A DNA stretch of 64,000 bases from Tubulanus polymorphus (taxonomy: Eukaryota; Animalia; Nemertea). The notes under the pieces were generated by a model. That model was given only the letters and a program-made list of their open reading frames with translations. It had not been told where the DNA came from and made no database searches. The stretch spans positions 4,278,001 to 4,342,000 of the forward strand of contig NC_134025.1 of assembly GCF_964204645.1 (NCBI RefSeq), given 5' to 3'. Shown in pieces: positions 52,705 to 64,000 of the stretch. The position numbers and the translations under genes are program-made. How positions within the stretch are numbered: the first letter of the stretch is position 1; each line of letters begins with the position of its first letter.

Positions 52705-55700
52705 TTATTTTTCGATTTTGAAGTGAATATTGCGACGACTCAGCCTTTCGACTAATGATGTTTGGGCAAATGCTATTCCTGGAGTCAGTACGCCACCGCT
52801 GCAAACATACAATGTACATAACATTAAGACGCAAATTTCAAATTGGTATTTACCGAATTGATTTCATTATTATCTAATTTTAAACTCACGGAGGAGGAAG
52901 TTTAGAGGTTTCCTTCAATACGACGACAGCAGCCTGCACCATTAACGTCGACGTAGCGATGTAACCAGGCTCTACAATCATACATCAAATCAACATTCAA
53001 AAATGAGAAATTCTAAAATAGGGTCCCTACAGATTGTTCATTCCTGGATATAACAAGTTTTCAAAGAGAAAATTTCGAAGAAGTGCCCGCATCACTTTCA
53101 TATCCAAATTACTGTAATGTCCTATATCGGTACTGTTCATTTCACTAAACCAATAATTTGGTGGTTTTGCAAGCAAATTTTTATCCTTCACATTCCCTTA
53201 ATCTTCTATCTAATTCGGTAATAGCCCGGATAAAAAAACTCCTGGTCCCAACTGTACCGATTTAGGTGTGTCTAGTCTACTGTACAACTACAAACATTTC
53301 TAATAGTCTATTTCTCAAAACTGAAGTTTTGGACATTTTGCACAAATAAAAGGAGTTTCAAGCAACTTTAAAAGCATATTCTGTTTTGAAGTTTTTAAGG
53401 AATCAGTGTCTTGTAAAAGTTAATTCTTAAGTATGACTCACCGGGCCCCGTAATCTTCAGTACCATGGTTTTATTAGGTGGTTCTTTGTGGTCTTCCATT
53501 CCGGGTAACTTTGTATCCCACCCTTTACCGATGAATGTCATCGAAAATGATGCTCCTTGAACCTATTTCAAAAATTGACAACGGTTAGAATGTAGTTACA
53601 CCATTTATCATTGAGGAAAGCGCCAAATTATTCAACTAATTACCTGTTCTCGGGTCGGTCCTTCGTGTGAAAACATACCAAGCGAAAATATCCGTGGATA
53701 CTGACAAAAAATAATCAAATACACTGTCAAAGGAGTGGTATAAAATGATTAATGACACTGGTTAAATCACGACACAGTCTACTTACCTTTTCTAACAATG
53801 ATCTACCGAAACTGAATTTGGCCAATATTCCAAAAACTATGGCACAAAAGGCGACAACCAACGAAGCAAAAAGAGATGGCACACGATAATATGCTTCAAA
53901 CTGGACCTGCCAATTCATATAAATAAATGATTACTTTTTCCTATAGTAGAGTGATTAAAAATCATGTAAAAGTACATGTAATATACTGTGAATCATATAT
54001 TTTCACATACAGGTTTTTTCTCCAATTCGTAGTAAATATGACGTTGAGTTCTCTGTATGACAGACTTGTCACTTCCTGGAAACGGTAGAATCCAATTACT
54101 AACTTCATCGCTGTATGATATCGGATTTCTACAACGACAAAAATCATCTTTAATTGAAGAAAGACAAGAGAACAAACGAATCTTTCAATATATGGTGACT
54201 TAAACTCTTGAATCTGGATGATACTTATTGTGATAGTTCTTTCAACCGAAACATGAACATTGTAATTTAGATAGATAGCACAAATTGTAAACTTAAAACA
54301 TATGAAATATCTCAAAAATCATTTCTTGTAAAACCAATCTCGATTTGAAGGGTATAAAAGATTACCTCACCTTCCGGGAATCTTGTATTGACTTTTTGGT
54401 AAACGCGAATTATGGAATAAGGCGCTTCGCAACTTTTTCAGTTCACCTGCGTGTGCGAAGCCGTATATTGCTGATTGCCACGTTCCAAAGTGAACTCCAC
54501 CTCCCTGCATGCAAAATCGGTTAATACAAACACGTTAGACAAGATCATCTACTAGGGCATCGATCATACAATACCTGAACAGCTGATCGGTTTTGGGAAT
54601 GAGGATTCACTATCACTACATTCACTCTTATTTATCTTTTAAAAACCCCTTTTACAATGTAGAAATTTGATATGCAAGAAATTCAAGGTGAAAAACTGAA
54701 AAGAACTGCAAAACCTTCAGCTGCCTTTTCACATCAGTGCCGGGCTATGAAAGTAATTCTACAACTACCTGTATTTTCTACTACAAAGTCATTTGTTAGA
54801 GACAAAGAATGTGTAACTAGCAGAATCATACCAGCCAAGTCAAAGTTAATGAGAATAGATGTTGTGAGTGTTTTGGTTGCTGGAAGTAGGATTGCAGAGC
54901 AGGAGAGGGTAGGCGGCTGTTTTCTAATACTCTTACCTGGGCTCAAGTTTATATTGGCTTGACTTTAAAGCTATGTGGAAAAGCTGTTTAGAAATTGCAG
55001 CTGCCTCTCTCACATAATGTCCCTCCAATACTTTGCTTAGCCAATAGCCATAGCTAAAACTTAGCAAGCTGTCCTGTTAGATAGGTAATGGTATCTTTTG
55101 TCATGTGCAGTAAATATCAAATTCAAGGAAGAAACCACACAGTGGAACATTGATGGGATAATGATTGGTAGAGATACATCCGTTAATTTTTGATTGAAAC
55201 CTCCACCAGAAAGTTAGTCAGACCAATTAAGTCAGGCACCTTCGAAATGTGTCATTAAATAAGGGGTATACCACATGTATTGGTTCCATAATTAAGATCT
55301 TGTCACTTAAATCAAATATGTTTTCATTTCTATGATAAACTGAATCTCACCTTGGGTCCAGATTTACCGCCAACAAAGTTTTCCACAGAATTCAGGTCAC
55401 CTTAAATATCAAGGTAGATAAAACACAATCATGTTAAGAAAATACCAATAGGTATTTATTTAGATTAGACATACATACCAAACTGATAGCATATAGAACC
55501 TACTGAAAAACAAGAGATTAAAAAAAAAACATACCATCAAAATTCTGTTGCAAATACACGACACCCATGTCAGCAGGTATGCTGTCCCATCCACAAGCAC
55601 CAACAACATAGATACTACTTTCTTTGGCCTTTGTATTGTAGAGTAATTGCATTTTCTCCAAAAACTGAAATCATAAAAATCAAAATATAACATAGCAAAA

Positions 55701-57289
55701 AAGGAATAATTTAGAATCTTAAATTTATTCTTAAATAGAGATTCAAACATCTGAAACTGAAACTTAAATTTGATACATCAAAATGACATGCACAAGTGTT
55801 TATAGTTAGTTTATCATACAGCCATAGATCTTTTTATCAATCGCATATCAAACTATTCAGAATATCATGTACACAGTAATCGATAGAAGAAAAAATCATC
55901 AGACAGCATCATATTGGACTAATTTTAGCACACATGAGCTCATTTGCCAGCTGTGCGGCTCACTGAGAAAAAAACTCCAGTTCACTTTGAATCGACAGAT
56001 ACAAGATACACTACAGACAGTAAAACCTCAAATATGCTGAACGCACTGAAAGATCAATAATCAACACGGTATTCTTCAATGAACACGTAGGCATATAAAC
56101 GAATGTTTTATATTACAAGTCTATAACACGTCGCACCTATCACTGCACCTATGTTTATCAGAATGTTGTTTATGAATAGAGAATTTCTGAAAAACAATTG
56201 GGCATAGTTTTTGCCACATTCAAAAACTATTTTATAGATCAGGGTGTTCAAATCACAAATCGGCGAAATATATGTATAGAACCTATATTTGCCTTTATGT
56301 TTATAACAAATCGGCAATATTTCAACTTTGATGTTGAATAGTTCACCGATGATTGCATTTTCAATCTATTTTTTTCATTTTATGTTAAGTGCAGAGATTA
56401 CTGTGTAGATATTGCGCTTTATCAAGAAAATGAATTATTATTACCATTACTATCAAATTGTTGGTTGATAAGTAGGCCTACCTGTGGTTCTCCACTAATA
56501 TCAATGTGATGAGTCTGTGCATCTATACATGCTTTTACTATCTTCTCTCCATAAAACCGATACTAGAAATCAATTAGAAACAATTAGAGAACCATAACCT
56601 CTCGCGACATTAGATCTCATAAGAAACAAAGGAAGCTAAATGAACACTCACTGGTCCAACTGTATTCAAAATTAGCTTTGCTTGCTTGCACATATCAATG
56701 ATAGATTGTTCTTCAGTTACATCTGCCAAAATCATAGGAATTTTTTCCAGATCTTTCCCTACGAATATAAAAAGGTTGAGTTATTTATTCATAGAACTGA
56801 AATCAACTAAGACAGCATTGACAAGTGAGAAATATCTGTATCACTGTGCAGTTTTAAGAGTCAAGTCCCAAAAGTCGGTGTCTGACGGAGTCAATCCTAA
56901 TCTATCCCCGCTTTTCTGACGACGACGTCTTCACAAAACAAGAATTGTAGGTCTACCAAATAATGGCGTAGTCAGACTAATAAGGTTTGATACTACTGGG
57001 CCAAAGGCAAAAAAGAGCAAAAATGTGGTGTTAACTGCAGTTGGGCCTGGTAGAACTTATTGTCTTGCAACTTGCGTTGCTTTATTATTTATAATTCAGG
57101 TAGTACGGTACCTGTTAGTTTGGAGGCTTCTACGAGAACTTTATTCATCTTTTCTCTATTCCTTCCAGCGATCGCCCATGTTAAGCCACTTTCCTCATCA
57201 GCAATTCGAGCCACCTCTTCGACAACATACTGTCCGGTGAATCCGGTAGCGCCGAATATCACGATATCATACGTTCTTGAAACCACCAT
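52705..57289 (-). CDS. SCCPDH: Saccharopine dehydrogenase-like oxidoreductase, multi-exon
   Basis: YDIVIFGATGFTG, WAIAGRN, NTVGPYRFYGE, DISGEPQ, GACGWDSIPADMG, PFPGSDKSVIQRTQ, GPEPGYIAT, GGVLTPG; stop 52705-52707. Confidence 0.95.
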
Positions 57290-58015
57290 TCTGTCGGATG
57301 AAAAACAGCAGAACAGTTACCAAACGATGACGATGGGAGGATTTTAGGTGATAAGTGGACTTTGCGACTTCGAGTGTGGAGCCGTGTGAGCGAAGAGCGC
57401 TACATCTATCGGTATTACCACACTCGCTTGCCAGAGATGGGTCACCTTCGCTCACGCCAACTCAAAACGACTGTAAGACGACCACAGAGGCGAATCCAGC
57501 CTCTAATCCCGAATATTCCTTACGCACTATCGCAGGGCCATAATGGGGATGTGGGGTTCTTCCCTCTAATCTTACCACCTCCACCTGCAATCTGAGTGTT
57601 TGTGGGAATGTCATAATTTATTTTTCCAATCGATCCTCGATAAGACAAATGGCATATCAAAATTATATCAAAATTCCTCTGTAAACTGGTTAAACTCAAC
57701 ACTTGATTTCCCCTTTGATTATTTGTTATTTGTTCTCTCATCAATTTCGTCTCTGACTTAACTTCTATTCACCTTTGTTTTAATTTAAGTGCCCCCTAGT
57801 TTGTCTTTCTTTTTACTACTGACTTTAAGTTTCATTTATAATTATACCCACTATTGTTGTTTATAATCACCCCTTAGTTTGCTTCCCTTTAATCTATTTT
57901 AGCGTGTAACTGTTTCTACGTTAATTTTCCTTTAGTTTGTATCATCTCTGATTACTTGAATTAGTCTCTTTGTCTCTGGATTGTATATATATCTCATAAT
58001 TTCTGTAGTATCTCA

Positions 58016-58062
58016 TTATTCCTGAAGATGACTATTAGGATATAGTCGAAACGTTGAAATAA
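58016..58062 (+). ncRNA. Minimal type I hammerhead-ribozyme-like motif (Penelope pLTR type)
   Basis: ttatt-c-CTGAAGA-t-GACTAT-taggat-ATAGTC-GAAACGTTG-a-aataa. Confidence 0.6.
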
Positions 58063-58375
58063 ACTACTATCACGAAGTTTCATTTTCGGACTTTTTATTA
58101 TCATTGTGGGATTCTCTCCTCATCGCGTCAACACGGATATTGTGTTCTACCTATCGTGGAAATGGCATATCCTATTATTCGAACTTCGGTCAATCCAAAA
58201 CACTGTCAAATGGGTTGAATAATTAAGGAACATAGAAAAAATATCATCGTAAGGTAGATAGATAAATACCGTAGTCTCGTAGTACCGTAGACACTCTAAT
58301 CCGTGTATATTGTAGATTAAAGAAGTCCCACAATTCAAATGTTATATGAAATAATACTTCTGTTTTCCGGTCATT

Positions 58376-58417
58376 CCACCTGATGATGGCTGTTAGTCAA
58401 CAGCCGAAACGTTGTGG
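58376..58417 (+). ncRNA. Second minimal hammerhead-like motif, inside a 35-bp inverted repeat
   Basis: ccac-CTGATGA-t-GGCTGTT-agtc-AACAGCC-GAAACGTT-gtgg; flanked by an inverted repeat 58321-58355 / 58432-58466. Confidence 0.65.
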
Positions 58418-59681
58418 TTTCGTTCTAATGAATTATTTCATATAAAATTTCAATTGTGGGACTTCTTCAATTAATGAAACGACTGTATGACATGTGGTGT
58501 CTTCGCATGTATACGTGTTGCCCACTCTGCTTTTCCGGACTATCTTTTTTTTCGTTTTATAGAAAACGTAAGTTGATAAGGTTAAATCAGTGACGTTTTG
58601 ATTGAAAAATTGAGCTCTTTACAAAAATATCGCAACGTATATTCATGCGTTTGGTTTGGTGTACGTACTCGTGAAAGACGAATGTTATTTTCACAGTGAA
58701 GAGCAGATAAACAAACAATAAAACATTTGAGTGATAAAGATACATTGAGGCTTAATTAGTTTTCAGTCGGTAAACCAAACGTTTAGTTATCAGTCTCCAG
58801 AGTAATGAGTTTACCGCATATCCGTCTGTTGTTAACTGACACCAGCAGGTGCGTGAAAATGTTTGTACACTTACGAAATGCCTCGTTGCAGACGCTTTAA
58901 TGCATGTAAAAACGGCCCATCTCCAACTAATTTGCCATGTCGACTGAATAAAAAAGCTTTCATAATCAATCACAAATTTGTGCCCCAAAAATACGGCAAG
59001 AATTCGCTCTGATCCGAAAAATCGTCAACGCTCTGATCTTAATTTGTTTCGATGCCCGTTGTGGATGTGTGAAAGGGTATATGAAAACTTTGCGCCTGTC
59101 AGCGACTGATGTGTGAAGCTATTTGTTTCCTATTTGTAATTACTTGTCAAACAGTTTACAGCTGAAACGGTGCCGAGTGAAAGTTAAATCGCTACAGAAT
59201 AAATATTGTTATTTATATATTAGTCTGGAGGGGAAGTGTTGCCGCCTGGACCTCATTCATCAAATAATTCATCAGCATCCGACAAAGAAAAAACGGATTT
59301 GCCAAAGATCGTATAAATCCACGCCATTATGAAAAAAAGCTCGCTCGATATTTTAAGAAAGGAAACAAATTTATTCCAACCAACAAACACAAACATTTGA
59401 AAGTTTTGGTCATCTATACCCCATAAGCGTCTTTAAATGATAAAGTATCCGTTGTACTGATAATTCTCAGCGATGTCGTTTCTATATTAATAAATCACAA
59501 TATATGTATATAAAACTCAAAAAGCTACCATTTAAAAGTATTTTTTAGCAAATAACGTCATAATAGTCACCGTCTATTGACGGTTTATTGTGAAGTTTCG
59601 TCTCGATATTTCCGATTAAATCTAACTATTTAATTGTTTCGAGCAAATCTCACATTCGCGAGTTTTCAAAGCGAAACCCGA

Positions 59682-62600
59682 TCAACTCTGCATGTACATA
59701 GATTGCATGTTTGCAGCTGGAGTCATTCCAACATTGTAATGATAATTATACGGCTGCTGGACACTCGACGAATAACCGTAGCCTACAGATGTCATATTAC
59801 AACCGGTCACGCCTCCTGTCGGTGAAATACTGCAAGGGCGAAATTGATTAAGAAAGTCGTTAACGGAATGGGACGAATTCCACGAACAGAATGACGATGG
59901 AGTTGTCGGTGGTAGTTGCGCGACGTTAGGCTTCGAGTCCAGAGACATTGATGACGCCGTAGCTTGGAATCCCTGGGAAGACACTTGAGAGACCACCTGC
60001 GAATGATAGAATAGTCCTGAATACTGTTCCTTACAGTCCGGGTACAACTTTTTACATCCGCCAAGCTTACTCCTCAATATCCTACTGATTGAACTGACCG
60101 ATGGAACATTAAACGTATCACAGATTCCATCACTCAGAAGTCTATCTCTGATTTCCCAAGCGAACATCCCCGGATCTCGTTCTTTATACAGTTTTATATA
60201 TTTAACGACGTTAGGTGTGGTGACACGCGGTTTGCTGCCTCCTATAGCTCCGGGTAAAATCGATCCGGTTTCCTTATATCGAGTCAAAATCTTACTGACA
60301 CACCCATGAGAAACGCGCAGTTGTCGGCTGATGTCACAGGGCCGAATGCCTATCTGAGCCAATTCTACGATTTTTATTCGAACAGCATTCGGCAGTGGAC
60401 GTCCATTCACGAAGACACCACCCAGTTGATTGACTTCGCCATAGTTTGGATCTAAAATGTACAGAAAAATATGCTCTTTATATACTTTATACTTTATGTA
60501 GAAATATGCTTTTTAGGCACAGTTCATATTTGAAATGACAGCCCACATAAGTTCATTTTCTTCATTATGATGCCATTATTACTTGTATCTTTAATTCTAT
60601 TAACGCATCGGTATGGATGCAACTTTGAGGTCCCTGCACTTTCACAGGTAAAGGCGTTATTCTGGGGAAACTGTGGTAGGAAACAGTAATTGGACGGTAG
60701 ATCACATTGCACAACTGATTGAATGGGAGTGAATGGTAAACTGATTCCAATTCAGAGTATGTAAACCCGGAAAATTCACCCATCTAACCATGGACCTTAA
60801 TTCGAATTTCCTTCATCTTTACGACTTCGATTACAGTACGTCTTGAACGGAAATCAAATCAAATATTAAGACAAATTTTTCGGCCCATAACATCGGTCTT
60901 CTTGAATGAATTATAGCGATCATAAAGACATTAATTGTAGTTCATAAGAAAAATCAAAGTTATGAGCCGAAAAAAGAACATTCTACGACGGTTTTATATG
61001 AAAATGTATAATTAACTATTTGCTATTTCAGTTTATAAACCCTGTTGTTCTCACGAACAGGTGAACTTTTAACAACCATATTTCAATGAAATTATGTCGA
61101 AAGTGACATGCCAAAAATATATAGCACCCTCATTAATAAACTAGAGTTGCCAAATATACAGAAATAAAATGATTTACAACATTTCAATGAGACATCTTCA
61201 CACAAAATGTTTTAAGGTCACCAGCGTCTACCAACGAAACATGTTTTCAGTGCATTTATTGGGATTTGCCCTCAATATTCTTTGCGGGAGATCATTGGGC
61301 ATTATTCGTGTAATCAAATGAACAGAAGTTTCAAAGATATAGAAAAACTGTAGAAAGACACATTCAAAAGACTTAATGATTTATCTATTATTGACGAATA
61401 GTTTTCATTCTGAAACTGGTTTGATACGAATTTAAGAGCACCTTGCGTGTTAATCTATGATATTCTACAAAATGCACTACTGCAAGTACTCGGAAATATT
61501 TGATAGAGCGGACATTAAATAAATTTAACGAAAAGGGTCTTTTGTATTAACAAATACACAGATATGGTGTCAACAATAGTTTACATCGACGTTAAAGATC
61601 TTTCCGGCAAATGTTCGCACTAAATCTCAAGAAAATCATTTGTTCAGAAACAAATGTCCCGTCATTTCTAATTCGGGACACAAGGCTGATATTCTCCAGT
61701 GCATGGTTATCTAAAGAATTAATTTATTCGTTCGCGGATGGATTTATAAAGACGGACGATGATCGGTATCAACAGTTTACAACGTGGTTTGCATCTGAGC
61801 TGGACTAATTTATATCTATCCGACTGGCAGGTGAGTGCACAAGTTGACCAAGTATAAAACTTTGGCTGTACTACATTAATAGAATAGTGGCCCTGTCTGT
61901 TTCTGGAACGAGAAATTCACATTTCCAAAAGTTTTGTTAGATAACCCGGACCCCTCATCGAGCCTGACCCATTGATCTAGTACGATTCAAAATTGATAAC
62001 AAATGCTCATGACAAAAAAACACTGGCTTAAAATCTACATTTGTGTAATGTTATAACTGGTGTTTTTATGTACTCAAAATGATCACTTGAAAAAAGGGTG
62101 CACTTACGAAACGTTTTTGGGGGTGTCATTTTCTATCTGATGGTCAATCACATTGAATACATATTTGAAAATGCACCGGCTCTAAACTTTTTCTCAGGCA
62201 GGCAAGACAAATAGATATAAAAACATAGAGGTCCGCGCGCTCTTTGAAGGCATACAAATTAATCAAGAAGACAACAATTTTTGAAGTTGGATATCTGGAA
62301 TGTATTCCGTCAACGGCATATATTAGAATAGACAGAGTACAGGCAGGACCAACTGTTCTACTGATTACTTGGGTCAAACAAGGTGTTAAAACTCTTCATA
62401 CAAATTACCCTCGTAAAGATACCAAGTTTATACGAGTAATTGTTCAACATCAGTAGAAACATATCCATCACCAGCCGCATCTATGCCTGCTTATCTTTAG
62501 TTGGATCTAAAGTTCCACAGCCGCGCTCGCAGTACTTTCATCCTTCCCTTCATTGGAGTTTTTTGGAAGTTTCGTTTTTATGCGTTAATCACTTTTTTGA

Positions 62601-63702
62601 ATTTGGTTATAAACATATTGAGTCAACGAGTTGAAATTTGGACGGGATGGAATTCTCGTGGAATCCATAAAATAGCTTTCAAAATTCACTCGGTCCAAAA
62701 TAAGCCTACTGGTCTTTTATTCAACTCGTTTTTGAACAATAAATTTCAGTCTTTCGAAATTTTTAATGCAAGACCAAGAAAACGTATACATGCATATATT
62801 GGCCACGAAATTGATTAATTATGTTGCACTTAGAAGTAGAAAACCTGAGACGACTGGTGACGACAGTAAATGTGGTATCACATTGTTACCTGCAGGGCTA
62901 TATGAGCATGGGAAATATTTCTTAGATTTTCACCGAGGCCAAGGTGAAGGAAAATTAACAGGAGCGTCCAATTTATGTTTTTATACGTGTATTGAAAATG
63001 ACCATATAGGCTGGATTCTGGAGAAACATCTCATCATTCGAATACATGAGGTATTCAACCAAAAGCTGTATTTCATATAGTGTTACCCAAGTGGGATACA
63101 TATGGACGATGTGGTCCCCTGATAGTACACAAACTATCGTGTTATTGATTCTCAAAAAAGCACGGACGCAACAAAATATGTTAAGATGTTATAAACGTAA
63201 GTCGAAAGATTTTGAAAAAAATTGATGTAGAAGAGAGGATTTGTGCTATAAGTTAAATAACTTAATCGCATTTATGTTATCGCGGGGTACTGCCATCTTT
63301 ACAATCGAATATGAATCTGTAAGCATGATGATTTCGATGAATCCATTTCTGAATCAGTCAACCAGACGTTTTAATTCTACAAATCTTTACATGCTTTCCA
63401 GTGTTCGAAATGAAATTTCATACGTCCTTGTCAATTCAATAGTTTTCTGTATAGCCTAATCGGTGTCTGAATGAATTTAATATGTTAGATAGATGTGAAC
63501 AATGAAATAAATCGGTAATTTAGATATAGTAGAACCAAAAAAATTGCGAGACTTTTCCCAAAATTCTATAAAATTCCATAAATACTATATAGACTCTTTT
63601 AGGCACATTTTTCCAATTTTTTTTAAATCTCTCGCCGGTTTTTGTGTATCAGCATCAATCCAGTTATTACTATCGTCAATATCTATATCATAACTTACCC
63701 AT
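59682..63702 (-). CDS. Pax1/9: Paired-box transcription factor Pax1/9
   Basis: Main exon 59682-60451 encodes [55 protein letters not shown]..., an octapeptide-like HSVNDFL and no homeodomain. The start exon is inferred from ATGG|gtaagt at 63702-63699 (an in-frame ATG also lies at 63714). Confidence 0.93.
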
Positions 63703-64000
63703 GTGTCCGATCATTTGGATAACGATATATTGGTAAGCAAATAATGATCCAGTTAATTTCACCGCTTACAGCCAGCTACTAAAAGTTATAGCGAGTTGAC
63801 TAATTGTTTTAAACGGTTGCTGCTGATTGGTCCATTAACAACAAGTCTATAGACACATCCCATGTGATACTGGATACTTCGCGTTGCTATTGGTTGAATG
63901 AAATTACTGAAACAAGGAAGGAGTAGTTGAAACCTGATAACTATAATGTTTAAACTTTATTTGTTTATCAGAAATTGACCTCAAATTAGTACGTGATTAC

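Noticed and set aside
60524-60783. Short ORFs as the first Pax1/9 coding exon
   Set aside because: No strong donor in the required phase; ATGG|gtaagt at ~63700 fits better.

Overview
AT-rich eukaryotic genomic DNA from a bilaterian invertebrate with very short GT-AG introns (many about 60-100 nt); the taxon cannot be fixed from sequence alone. The first ~9.3 kb is repeat-rich: a LINE remnant, MITEs, mini/microsatellites and a ~0.9 kb inverted duplication interrupted by a TIR element. A compact gene array follows: HAP2/GCS1 gamete fusogen (+), TDRD9/spindle-E (-), CEP43/FGFR1OP with an internal EF-hand pair (-), RCAN (+), SLC17A9/VNUT (-), an intronless ~570-600 aa orphan ORF (-), a peptide-type GPCR (-), a PPP1R27-like ankyrin protein (-), SCCPDH (-) and Pax1/9 (-). 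Highlights are an apparently intact ~20-exon HAP2 with a long cytoplasmic tail lying tail-to-tail with TDRD9, a 140-bp tRNA-containing solo-LTR (Helenus-like) with a perfect 4-bp TSD, and two Penelope-type minimal hammerhead-like motifs. Exon boundaries were read by eye and gene spans run from inferred start codon to stop codon.
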